Source of the DNA: Leucoraja ocellata
Taxonomy: Eukaryota
Assembly: GCA_036785375.1 (NCBI GenBank)
Contig: JAWMAR010000082.1
Span: forward strand, 6,882,001 to 6,946,000
Reading direction: 5' to 3'
Length of the DNA: 64,000 nt
Each line of letters opens with the position of its first letter. Positions within the stretch are counted from its first letter, which is position 1. Both the position numbers and the translations under genes were made by a program. Shown piece by piece: positions 1 through 12,130 of this stretch. The notes below the pieces were generated by a model that saw only the letters and a program-made list of their open reading frames with translations, was not told the origin of the DNA and ran no database searches.

Positions 1-2326
1 AAAAAGGGTCTCTGAGGGGGGAAAAAAAACAACAAACAGATCCCATGTCCACAATGCAGAACTCAAAACATTTTTCATGCTTTGTGGTTTCACGAGAAGC
101 AGTAAGCTGTTTAAAAAAAAAAATGCCTTGTCCAAATTGAACATTTGCTTGACATGATGGAAAAGTGAGTGCTATTTTCTGTTATATTGCCCTTATTCTA
201 CATTTACAAGAATATTTTTTTTTTGCTGCTCCCAACTGATTTCACAGTGGTGAACTTCGTTTATGAATTATCTGACACATCCCCTGCAATTTTTCTGACA
301 ACAGTGCTCAGTGGAAATTTCAAGGCCCTCTTTCTGACAAGTAGAAATATCAATATTTGAATAAATTGTGGATTTTAAACTTCTCACTTCGATGCACTGG
401 AGCTGGGAGACTGAATTTTTCTTTTACTGGGTCTAATCCCCTTGAGCCTAAAGAAAGAAATCTGTATGCAGCATTTCATTACAAGAGAGCTGCACTGAGT
501 GACATTTGAAGCACACATCTAAGTCGAGCTGATGAAGTTTACTTCCTTCAAACAACAAATAGCATCTTTGTATTATTTCCCCTTCTCAAGAAAAAGTGAA
601 AGCATGATGGCTAGCAAAAAACAGAAATGTTGATTCACAAATTGACAGGTCAATCTTTAAACAAATGTGTTTCTTTGGGAAAAAGTGCAGCTTTGTTCTT
701 TGCTGAGCATTTTTTTTTTGGCTGGCAGAAAAATTCCAAAGCTGATTAGAAGGAACTTGTTAGGGTCCTGTCTCAGACACGCTGACTCCACATTTTAACA
801 ACCGCGCAAACTAAACAACATAAAGATAACAAAACATTGTCATTACTTTTTATGGGTGCTGTGGATGTCAATCAATACACAGCATTTAGGAATATAAAAA
901 AACAGTGTGGTGCTGAGAAATGCATTTGATTTATTCATTGGGAAAGCAAGACAATGATTAACAGTGTAAAAATTAATTATGACTATTCTGTACCTGCTAA
1001 AGATGGGAATGTACAGATTAAATGTTTTGTCAACTGCTGGGATGTCCAGCAAATGAATGTAAAGGACGGGGTAACAAATCATAAATAAGCTTTAAAAAAC
1101 TATTGACAGTGTGGCCTGATTGTAAGCCTTATTACCTCCTCAAGTAAACCTTCTTTGACAGCACCACTTCTGCCTCTCCTGCCCTCAACCTCTTGTCTTA
1201 TCCATCGAAACCCTGATGATAGCCTGTTGGTTGGCTTGTTTCGCAGGATTCCTTCTGTAACACTGCCATAGATCTGATAGTGCCACTTAACAATAGATTG
1301 GCCTATTCCTTTTTTTTTAAGGTAAATAACCGACCCGCACAGTTTCAACAGCACAAAAACCTCAAGAGAACAGATTTTCAGCTTGTGTCTCATCTTTTGT
1401 TTATCCGCACAACTCTATACTGGCCATAAATAATTCCGCTTTAATGGGTTTCAAAATTCGGCAAATCCATAGAAACTGATCAGCTAAATCTGAGACAAAG
1501 CACTCTAAATAAAACAATTCAGTACATTTTTATATACATTACTTTATCCTACTAAAAGCAATGTTCTTTCATCTGAACTTGTTTAGCATTGGTGTTTGTG
1601 TGAGCTGTTTAGTGTTTGTGTAAACTGCTTTCTTTTAGACCGATTGCAAATCATATTATCCTGCACACAAAACCCAGCCCATCATCTATAACGAAGGCCG
1701 ACATACTCCGCCTGCTCCCTGTTTTAATTTTTAGCATGTTCTGGCGTGGTAATAATGCTCTGATGCATTTCACTCTTGACTGGATACAGTGAGATTGCTA
1801 ATCAGGATTACTTGATTCAGTCAACACTAATTTCAATAAAAGGACAAAAAAATTATCATAAATATAGAGAAAGTGCTGTGGGTAGTGACAGGTGATTAAA
1901 ATCTCATTCATTTGGAATCAGACTGATTCATGGTGGTCAGATAAGGAAAGTCTTCATATCAACAGCAGATGATTATCATCTGACTCGTTCTGAGTCATTT
2001 CTGATTGCACATGCACATGCAAATTGGTATAAAGTCGACATGAACAACACATCATCATATCAGAGGATGACCTCTTCCAGATGGGCACATTGTTCAAATT
2101 ATTTTTTTGCCTGCAAAGGGATCTGTAGTACAACTAATCCTAATTTGCCACACCAGCGGAAAGGGTAAAGACATTTTTTCAAAACCAAAACCTGTAAGTT
2201 CGAACCAAGCCACGACTTTTATATGCTGAGGGACCTGTGTGTAAATGTGTCATTGACAAGAAAGTCCCAGATTTTACCACAGATATGTGTCCACGTGAGG
2301 CTTTACATGAGCAATTGAGTCCTGCA

Positions 2327-2493
2327 GAAATGGAATAGGTGACGTTTCGGGTCGAGACTCTTCTTCAGACCCTTCTCGACCCGAAACATCACCTATTCCT
2401 TTTCTCCAGAGATGCCGTCTGACCTGCTGAGTTTCTCCAGCTTTTTGTGTCTGTCTTCGGTTTAAACCAGCATCTACACAATTCCTTCCTACA
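2327..2493. mobile_element. Penelope-derived short element with inverted 5' segment, flanked by 15-bp TSD
   Basis: Internal inverted repeat (2326-2357 vs 2374-2405). Body ...ccagagatg...ctgacctgctgagtttctccagctttttgtgtct... is shared with other copies in the window. Flanks are caattgagtcctgca (2312-2326) and caattaagtcctgca (2494-2508). Confidence 0.8.
2332..2370 (-). ncRNA. Minimal type I hammerhead ribozyme motif (Penelope pLTR type)
   Basis: Minus strand reads GU-CUGAAGA-A-GAGU-CUCG-ACCC-GAAA-C-GUC-ACC. It has the CUGANGA and GAAA core boxes, a short stem II (one A.C mismatch; GGGU/ACCC in sister copies), a palindromic ACGU in place of stem III and a GUC cleavage triplet. Confidence 0.65.
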
Positions 2494-3306
2494 CAATTAA
2501 GTCCTGCACCAAGCCTTGTCAGTCCTGAGATAAGTAGAAGAAACTCAGCCCATGCTCCAGCTCATAGCTATGAACGTGCTCCATGTTGGAATGGTAAATG
2601 TATTGACACTGATAAGATCCCATGGCCACACAACCCATTAATACCCAAGTAGAGGAACTGACTAAGATGGAAAACATTAAAAAATAACAGAAATAAATGT
2701 TCCTGACAGTTTACACAGTGTAGAAAGTGTCGTTCTCAATCATATCGCAATTGGCCAGATGTTCATTCTCTAATTTCAGTTATAGCAAGGAAAGAAGGAA
2801 TGATTGAACGGGAAGATTAAAATAACACAAATACAGTAAATACAGTGATATCTTCCTGTGGGAAAAGAAAAAAAAAGAAATGAAGTATGTAATCCTTTTT
2901 CACATACTTTGTTTAGGTTAATATTGGGAAAAGCCAAACAAAGGCTTCTTTCCTAGCTTCTTCATGAGATAACCATCCAGATATGAGTAAAGCTGCCATT
3001 AGACACAACCCATCACATTCATCTAGTAAAGTGTTTTACCCATCTTTCCAGCAATAATTAGCTTTAAGTGATTTCAAGATTTTTCAATGTCCAAATATAT
3101 TTGATTATTTTCTGTTGAGGAGATATCTGTCATCACTTTTAATTTATTGTTCAGCATTTTCAACTAGTATTTTTGGCTTAATCTCAATGAACGTGGATTT
3201 CGCTTTTTTTCCCCATTTACTTTCTTAGATGTCTCTCAATAGTCAAATGAGGAGAAATTAGCATGTGACTTTTTTTACTCTTTAACTCTCTGATGATAGC
3301 AATTCT

Positions 3307-4154
3307 TACGAAGGTAAGCTAGCCAAGAATGTAAAGGAGGATAGTAAAAGCTTTAGGTGTGTGAAGAGGAAAGAAATTAGTTAAGACCAAAGTTGGACCC
3401 TTGGAGACTGAAAAAGGCAAATTTATTATTTGGGAACAAGGAAATGGCAGATGAGTTGAACAGGTACTTTGGATCAGTCTTCACTAAGGAAGACACAAAC
3501 AATCTTCCTAATGTACTAGTGGCCAGAGGATCTGGGGTGACGGAGGAACTGAAGGAAATCCACATTAGGCAGGAAATGGTGTTGGGTAGACTGATGGGAC
3601 AGAAGGCTGATAAATCCCCAGGTCCCCTAATTTTAGGAAGGACATTCTTGCTATCGAGGGAGTGCAGCGTACGAGACAAGGTTAATTCCCAGAATGACGG
3701 GACTCTCATATGCTGAGAGAATGGGGCGGCTGGGCTTGTACACTCTGGAATTCAGGATGAGAGCAGATCTTACTTAAACATATAAGATTATTAACGGTTT
3801 GGACATGCTAGAGGCAGAAAACATGTTCCCGATGTTGGGGGAGCCCTGAACCAGGGGCTACAGTTTGAGAATAAGGGGTAAGCCATTTCGAACAGAGTTG
3901 AGGAAACACTTTTTCACACAGAGAGTTGTGAGTCTGTGGAATTCTCTGTCTCAGAGGGCCATGGAGGCTGGTTCTCTGGATACTTTCAAGAGAGAGCTAG
4001 ATGGGGCTCTTAAATATAGCGAGGTCAGGGGATATGGGGAGAAGGCAGGAATGGGTTATTGATTGGGGATGATCAGCCATGATCACATTGAATGGCGGTG
4101 CTGGCTCGAAGGGCCGAATGGCCTACTCCTGCACCTATTGTCTTTTGTTTATTG
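3307..4154 (+). mobile_element. CR1-clade (HER1-like) LINE fragment, internally deleted
   Basis: ORF2 remnants NKEMADELNRYFGSVFTKED...KADKSPGP, then the C-terminal block and RKHFFTQRVVSLWNSL. Typical 3' tail ggctcgaagggccgaatggcctactcctgcacctattg. Confidence 0.9.
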
Positions 4155-4287
4155 AGTCTGAAGAATGTTCAGACCTGAAACAATATCTGGTCCCTTTCTC
4201 CAGAGATGTTTCCTGACCGGCTGAGTTGCTCCAGCACTTTGTGTCTATCTCTTGTGCTCACCATCACCTGCAGTTCCTTCCAACACA
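4155..4287 (+). mobile_element. Penelope-derived short element (degenerate hammerhead)
   Basis: agtCTGAAGAatgttcagacctGAAAC... followed by the family body tctccagagatg...gctgagttgctccagcactttgtgtct...gcagttccttccaacaca. Confidence 0.75.
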
Positions 4288-4326
4288 AACACTTTGAGAC
4301 CCTGTATATTCAAAGTGGAGAACATA

Positions 4327-5780
4327 CAGTGCCCTCCATAATGTTTGGGACAAAGACCCATAATTTATTTATTTGCCTCTGTACTCCACAATTTGGGATT
4401 TGTAAAAAAAAAAAAATCTCATGTGGTTAAAGTGCACATTGTCAGATTTTAATAAAGGCTATTTTTGTACATTTTGGTTTCACCATGTAGAAATTACAGC
4501 AGTGTTAATACATAGTCCCCCCCCCCCCCCCCCCCCCCCCCCCATTTCAGGGCACCATAATGTTTGGGACACATGGCATCACAGGCGTTTGTAATTGCTC
4601 AGGTGTGTTTAATTGCCTCCGTAATGCAGGTATAAGAGAGCTCTCAGCACCTAATCTTTCCTCCAGTCTATCCATCACCTTTGGAAACTTTTATTGCTAT
4701 TTATCAACATGAGGAACAAAGTTGTGCCAATGAAAGTTAAAGCTATTATGAGATTGAGAAACAAGAATAAAACTCTTAAAGACATCAGCCAAACCCCAGG
4801 CTTACCAAAATCAACTGTTTGGAACATCATTAAGAAGAAACTGGTGAGCTTACTAATTAGACGCAAAAATAGGATGGCCAGGTTACAGTTTGCCAAGAAG
4901 TACTTAAAAAGAGAAGCCACAGTTCTGGAAAAAGGTTTTTTGGACAGATGGGATGAAGATTAATTTATATCAGAGTGATGGCAAGAGCAAAGTATGGAGG
5001 AGAGAAGGAACTGCCCAAGATCCAAAGCATACCACCTCATCTGTGAAACACGGTGGTGGGGGGTGTTATGGCCTGGGCATGTATGGCGGCTGAAGGTACT
5101 GGCTCATTTATCCTCATTGATGATACAACTGCTGTTGGTATCAGCATAATAAATTCTGAAGTGTATAGACACCTTATCTGCTCAAGTTCAAACAAATGCC
5201 TCAAAACTCATTGGCCGGCAGTTCATTCTACAGCAAGACAATGATCCCAAACATACTGCTAAAGCAACAAGGGAGTTTTTAAAAGCTAAAACATGGTCTA
5301 TTCGTGAGTGGCCAAGTCAATCACCTGATCTGAACCCAATTGAGCATGCATTTTATATGCTGTAGAAAAAACTGAAGGGGACTAGCCCCCAAAACAAGCA
5401 TAAGCTAAAGATGGCTGCAGTACAGGCCTGGCAGGGTATCACCAGAGAAGACACCCAGCAACTGGTGATGTCCATGAATCGCAGACTTCAAGCAATGATG
5501 GTATGCAGATATGCAACAAAATACTAAACATGACTACTTTCATTTACATGACATTCTGTGTCCCAAACATTATGGTGCCCTAAAATGGGGGGACTTTGTA
5601 TAAACACTGATGTAATTTTTACATGGTGAAACCAAAATGTATAGAAATACCCTTTATTAATATCTGACAATGTGTACTTTAACCACATGTGATTTTTTCT
5701 ATTACAAATCTCAAATTGTGGAGTACAGAGGCAAATAGATAAATGACGGGTCTTTGTCCCAAACATTATGGAGGGCACTG
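4327..5780 (+). mobile_element. Tc1/mariner DNA transposon, IR/DR type, non-functional
   Basis: TA|CAGTGCCCTCC...GGAGGGCACTG|TA. Terminal inverted repeats of ~225-245 bp (4327-4573, ~5557-5780), each with outer and inner copies of CCATAATGTTTGGGACA. Confidence 0.95.
4709..5527 (+). pseudogene. Degenerate DD34E Tc1 transposase
   Basis: HTH remnant ISQTPGLPKSTVWNIIKK, then VKHGGG-VMAWACMAA and QQDNDPKH...[12 protein letters not shown] (34 residues between D and E), ending YATKY*. It carries frameshifts, an in-frame TAG (~5363) and an internal deletion. Confidence 0.92.
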
Positions 5781-6004
5781 TATGCCTTTTTTTTCCTTTT
5801 GCAGTGACACAGTCTACCCTCGTTATTATGGGCCTCTTTATAATGGATTTCAGTTAAACAGCAGACAATATCTGTCATAACCTCACTTTCAATAGTGGGA
5901 TCAGAGAAGGATATTTTCCATGGGATATGATCAGTGGTCCCGGAATGCATAGGGACCACATAATCCCAGAGTCAAAGAAACAGAATGGATCCTGAACTAA
6001 AATT

Positions 6005-6100
6005 AGGAAGATCTGGAAACGCTCAGCAGGTTAGGCAGTGTGTTTGGAAGGGGAAACGGGATTAACGTTTAAATCCAATGTCCTTTCACCCTGAACTCTG
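6005..6100 (-). mobile_element. Old Penelope-type short element remnant
   Basis: ctggaaacgctcagcaggttaggcagtgtgtttgga...ttaacgttt resembles the family body (ctggagtaactcagcaggtcaggcagcatctctgga...gacgttt) but is highly diverged. Confidence 0.5.
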
Positions 6101-6714
6101 GGTGGGCAGTTGGTTGAGGGAGTCTCACTTAGAGCAGAACAGGGTTTCTTCATCCACCGCACCAATGCTCTGAACCTCCCACTTTGCTCTCAATCTCCGA
6201 ATGCGGGATTCAGCAACAGGGGCAGAGGTTATTGCCGTTCCCCAGCTGTGCTGGACAAGGTGGTGCTGGGCAGCCTTCTGGGGCTGCTGTGCTCGGTGTG
6301 GTGAGGTGGGACGTACCACTGGGAAGGGGCTCCAGGATTCTGACTCCTCTCCTGGGCAGTGAAGTCAATGGGGCTCAAAAACCCTTGTTCGTTTATAGTG
6401 GACAATCGGCAATAACGGACATCAACCCCTCCCCCCCATTATAGTCTCTTTGAATGACGGTTATCTGTATATAAATATTCAATGTCTACTGCTATCAACC
6501 TCTGCCTATTCCATCCGGCTCACCTACCTTTCCTTATTTGTCATGGTATACATGTGTAACCAATTTGAATTGTATTGTTGAATCTAGATGATGAAAGCAT
6601 ATTAAAGATATTAGGGATCCCAGCATAAAACTCAGATTTTTCCTTTACCACAACAACATTTTCCTACAAGGACCAAGTACTAGGATATGGAAAGTGAAAC
6701 AAATATGACAAACT

Positions 6715-7058
6715 GAAAAGCTATCAAATGCTTAAAGGTCTTGACATCATAGATACAAGTGGAGATGGTTTCCTCTTGGCTGAAGAGTCAAGAACCGACA
6801 GCATTTAGGACTTAAATGAAGAGGAATTTCTTCACCTAGAAGGTGGTGAATCTTTGGAATATTCTACCCTCTACAGCTGTGTAAGCTCAGTCATTTTGTT
6901 CATTCAAAAGAGAGATCAATAGGTTTCTGAGCTTTAAGGGAATTAAGAGACAAGGGAACAATGTTAAAAAATGGTGCTAAAGTAGAAGATTGGTGATACA
7001 GTACAAATGCTCAAAGGGCTGCATTGCCTGCTCTTGTTCCAATTTCTTATGTTCTTAT
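6715..7058 (+). mobile_element. CR1 LINE 3' fragment (old)
   Basis: aggaatttcttcacctagaaggtggtgaatctttggaat (RNFFT.KVVNLWN) and tail gctcaaagggctgcattgcctgctcttgttccaatttcttatgttcttat. Confidence 0.75.
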
Positions 7059-10021
7059 TTAAATACAGTTCTCCTGTCAATGAAAACATTATTTCAATTT
7101 TCCCTTTCTTTTCTCTGGGATTTATTCCACTCAAGGATTTCAAACAAAAAGCGGATCCTTCTTCCACATCTCAGATTGCAATGCCAAATTGCACGTTTAA
7201 ACCCAGAGCTAAATTGAGGCTAGGTTCTCTCCACGACGGACTCAACTACACTGATCGAAAATTGAGCTCCACTCATTTAGCTGGTAATTCCATTGGTCAT
7301 TTATTTTAGCTCTAATCTACTCCACACAGCTGCAGCAAGATCATCACTTGGTACCTTCCCACGGATGGCCCTGGGAATGGCGCCAAATGATGCCTTTAAT
7401 AGTGAATGAGATCATGGTTCCAAATCACAAATACTGGATTTGAAGTGCTTAGATCTAGTTCTTCAACAACACTTAAAACTGGATGCAAAATGAGCATTTT
7501 TGCATCAATAAAGGTATTTGAAATTAATATATTTTAATTTTGCTTATTTTATCAATTTTTCTGTACATGATAGAGCATATGTATAAGTTATAGGTTCTGC
7601 TTATAGGGACGGATTAAATAAAATCCTAAAGGGCATTATAGGTTTTTTCTCTTTGTTCAAAATATCAATTGTAATTGATTTATGGATTATGGATCAAGTG
7701 TTTCTTTCCCCTTTAACATTGTGCTATAAATGAATTCCAGGCGAGCTAAGTCAACGAAGACCTAACATGGTCAAATTTAATTAATTAATATTAGTCCTGT
7801 GTTCAGCTGGAGGGTATCGGTTAATCTGCATTTCCATCAGTTTTACAATTGTCCAGAAATGTTCGCACCAGAACTATGGAGAACGAACACAACTCTACAA
7901 AAACATATTGAAGGCAGGTTGGAAATCTCCAGGGTATATATGTTAGCCATTTGATCTGTTACGGAAAAAATAACAATAAGGAACAACAAATTTGGGCTGC
8001 CTTCCCAGCACATGTATATTAACATTCTGTAAAAATCCCAGAATTTAGTAAAATCTGGATGAAAATTGACGAGTGCTAACTGAATTCATTTATGCAATTA
8101 TTTTTAAAAACCCATTTTATGCTAATGCTTATAACAGAGATTAGCTCGTGTAACTAAGAAAGGAGATTATCAATTAATCTAAACTCAAACATTGTGAAGG
8201 TCACAGGGGTCATGCCCATCCACCAAAATAAGAAATACATTTGTCTTTTTAACTCAATTCCCTTCAGGAAAAACCTAATTAATGAGTCATTTTCAATCAA
8301 GAAAAATCTCTGCTTATGATGAATAGGGCTTGAGATTTGGTGGAATATTTGGGACAGAAGACAAATAAAATCTGTATTTCCTTAATTCAGTTCTAAATCA
8401 CCTACTAAGTTCTTTTTTCTCTCCGAATAATGAATTACTGCTACATTATCTTAACCTTGGGAGAATAGTATAAATTAATAATACCACAAACACAGCTTTA
8501 CCATAATGTTAAATGGTTTAAAATGTTGTTCGGGAAGATTTTTAAATTAACAGTGCAATCAAACACAGTAGCAATGTCTGTGTCAAAGTGCAAGTCAATA
8601 CCTTAGTTAGAAGTTGTCTAATAGAAATGAATAACAGCAGCTGAAGCTAAGGGAAACACACTTGAAGCAGAGGATCTGGCTTGTGTTCCAAGCAATTAAA
8701 GTCTGGTGAATCAATGGGGAGAAAGCAATGCAAGATTTTATTTAGTGTGGTCATGGCTCATAAAGTCAACCTGTTGAAGGGCAGAGGAATGGAGATACTT
8801 GGGGTAGCAGGCAGTAAAAACCCATTTTATACTGTCTGGATTCCTTCAGATGCAGGAAGAACTGAAGCTGGAGAGTTACAGAAGTGACCCCCACCAGTTC
8901 TAACATTTAGAGCAGATAATGTTCAATTCCCTGCAGCGTCTACATCTGATAACCCAATTATCCCCAATCTATTTTTCACAGCCTTTTTGCAGCTCTCCAC
9001 TTACAAATAAATGCATTCTTTTCTTGCAGAATGATGGTCTCAATTATTCTGACTATTTTTAACGCTGCTATCATATGGCAAAACAAAAGAGTACTGAATC
9101 TTAAATAAATCATTTTCAACATACCTACTGACTACTTAATCAATGCATGCTTATGGCAAAATTCTACTCCAGATTTCATTCTGTCGCTACTATTTAAAAT
9201 ATGTAAGCTATTTGTAATATGAATATCTTTAAACAGAAAAGCTTGTTCTACTTATTTTTGACTTTCTAATTAAAGGTCCATTTATAGCCGTTATGTTTTT
9301 TTAGTGAGACTAGGAGTGGTTAGGAATTTCTAATTCAGACTTGTTGATAGCTATCAAATCCCAAGCAGATAATTACATTTACTCTATACACTTAACCATC
9401 CAATCATAAAACATCAGGAGTTTAATCTGAACAGGAAAGATGCTGGAGAAAATAGACTGCAGCCGTAGTACATCACCGTCCTGCGTTCTTGTGTGTTAAT
9501 AGTAGAAATTAATCCATCACATAAAAATAGGGGACATAAAGTGAACTATTAAAGCGAAGTTTAACTTCCTGGCTCATAGGTTCAGCCACAATTCTCTAAA
9601 CATACTGCGCCCCTCTAAACTGCAAATCAAAATCACATCAAATTTGTTGATCCATAGTTGATCTTCCTTCTATTTCATAACTGTCATGAAGTAATGTTGT
9701 ATTTATGTTTCAAGTTGGATTCGCTCTGGTCTGGCAGAACCAGAGTATCAAAATCAAGCCGTACATGCATTCAAGGCATATGAGTGCAGTGATATGTCAT
9801 CATACCAGTGATTCGCATCAGTTCAGACATTAAGAAGCATCGCAGACTGCTGAAGGTAAGGGCACCTTCCTTTTCCTTTCTGCGGGTAGTGCATTTTAAA
9901 ATCCTGAAACCGAACCACATATAATAGAAACAGACATGTCATTTTTCTGAGATACAATGACATGTCCCATGTTTACCCATTCCCCTGGAAGTAATAACTT
10001 ATGCTGGGATGATGTTCCCAT

Positions 10022-10339
10022 AAACATCGGTGCTATGCGGAAATAGGCCCTTCGGTCTGTGTCGAACATCAACCACCCATTTACGCTGATCCCACTTCTT
10101 GTTCTCCCCACATTTTCATCAACTCCTTCCAGACTTATTGCTCACCTACACACACCGGGGCCAATTAACCTGCCACACAAGATCTTTGGAATGTTGGAGG
10201 AAACCAGAAAACCTAGAAGACATCTATATGGTCCCAAATATGTGCAAACTCCGCACAGACAGCGCGCAAGGTCCAGATTCAACCTCTGGTGGTGTGAGGC
10301 AGCAGTTCCACTAGGTGTTCCACTGCCACTATGCCACCC
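10022..10339 (-). mobile_element. HE1-like V-SINE (tRNA-derived), degenerate
   Basis: Reverse complement matches the copy at 23832: head gggtggcatagtggc...gctgcctcaca and tail ccgaagggcctatttccgc. Confidence 0.75.
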
Positions 10340-10856
10340 TTCTGTCACTTCACTGAAAAGATCATATTTAATGTTTGAACATGGACAGGGAGTCTCATGA
10401 GATTATTTCACTCTGGGCCATTTTTGTCAGATTCAATCCTATTCTCACCCAATAATGAATCTTGAAAAAATTCCAATACCAGGATTGGAAAGAAAGAAGG
10501 AGCCATGGACTCCTTTCCTATCCCACCAGCACCAATGGGAATGGTTGTGGCCCAGATTAAGATCGCATTCCAATAATTCACTGAGGAACATATTCAACTT
10601 GGTGCGAGGATTTTTCCCGAACGATCAGTTTTACTTTATATAAATGAATTTACGACGTCATTTGCAAATTACAGAAAGGTTTGTCTGCTAATTTTGTCCT
10701 CTCCAAGAAAATCAGGTTGACAGGTTCATTCTTGTACAATATCAATGCCATTTTGGTAATAGTTGGTGTCGAGAACATACAGATTGGTTGCCCTGTTTTT
10801 CAAGTGCAGCTCCACATTTTCTGGAGTCCCATTTATGCATGACGAATGAACAGTTT

Positions 10857-11221
10857 TAGAAACATAGAAACATAGAAAATAGGTGCAGGAGTAGGCCATT
10901 CGGCCCTTCGAACCTGCACCGCCATTCAATATGATCATGGCTGATCATCCAACTCAGTATCCTGTACCTGCCTTTTCTCCATACCCCCTGATCCCTTTAG
11001 CCACAAGGGCCACATCTAACTCCCTCTTAAATATAGCCAATGAACTGGCCTCAACTATCGTCTATGGCAGAGAATTCCACAGATTCACCACTCTCTGTGT
11101 GAAAAATGTTTTTCTCATCTCAGTACTAAAAGATTTCCCCTTTATCCTTAAACTGTGACCCCTGGTTCTGGACTTCCCCAACATCATGAACAATCTTCCT
11201 GCATCTAGCCTGTCCAACCCC
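10857..11221 (-). mobile_element. CR1 LINE 3' end
   Basis: ORF 11062..11250 reads GLDRLDAGRLF...SRTRGHSLRIKGK...FFTQRVVNLWNSLP. (AGAAACAT)n tail at 10858-10877. Confidence 0.92.
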
Positions 11222-11852
11222 ATTTCATTTGGTAGCAGTTTTACTGACATGTACTCTATCTGAAGACCAACAACCCTAGAGCCTTTTCCTGTGGGTGACT
11301 CACCAGATTACTTGAGATTAGGGAGGGTCTTGGCAGGTGTCCTTTCTGCTAGAGTGCATTAAGGGAAACTACATGCTATAGAACAGATGCTGGACCTGAG
11401 GAAGGATGTGACATGATTTTGGCACAAAGAGCCTCCAAACAAAAAGTTAACTCTTTTTCACTGATCCAAGTCTGCTTTACAGTTGTGCTTTCCCCATGTG
11501 GGCTCACAGATGACTCTAAGTCAGCCATTTGTTCTATATTTCTGCAGTGAATCAACTCTATATACTCCAAGAGCTAAAATCAATGCAAGGGATGTCACAC
11601 CACATCAGCATTTAGTCCTGCTTGGCTGGTGGCCATGGTGGATGTGAATAAGAGCTCCATACCCACCACCCAACCAGTTATTCATGATACTTTACATATC
11701 TTATTCCTCACTTGTTCCTACTGGCATAGATTTTCCAGAAATGGCCCAATCTAACCACCCACAATGTCTGGTCATAACTTATGCACATTGCATGCAACAG
11801 CTCCCTGCACGAACCATTCAATCCTCATAGCAAGAACAATCCTTCTCCTACA

Positions 11853-12130
11853 AGTCATAGAGTCATACAGCATAGAAACAGGCCCCTGTGCCCAGCTTGC
11901 CCATTCCAACCGAGATGCCCCATCAACACTAGTCCCACCAGCCCTCGTGCATTGGCCCAATCCTCTCAGCACCTTTCCTATCCTGATATCTGTCCAAATG
12001 TTGTTTAAATATTGTTATAGTTTCTGCCTCAACTACCTCCTCTGGCAGCTCATTCCGTATACCCACTGTGTGGAAAAAGTTGCCACTGTGATTCGTATTA
12101 AATCTTTCCCCTCTCACCTGAAACCTATGT
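11853..12130 (-). mobile_element. CR1 LINE 3' end (second subfamily)
   Basis: ORF 11929..12117 reads RGERFN...NFFHT...NELPEEVVEA...FKQHLDRY; gtcatagagtcatacagca tail. Confidence 0.85.

Noticed and set aside
7365-7392. TGGCGCC...CAGGG on the minus strand resembling a tRNA-Lys primer-binding site
   Set aside because: Only a partial match, with no paired LTRs or gag/pol remnants nearby.
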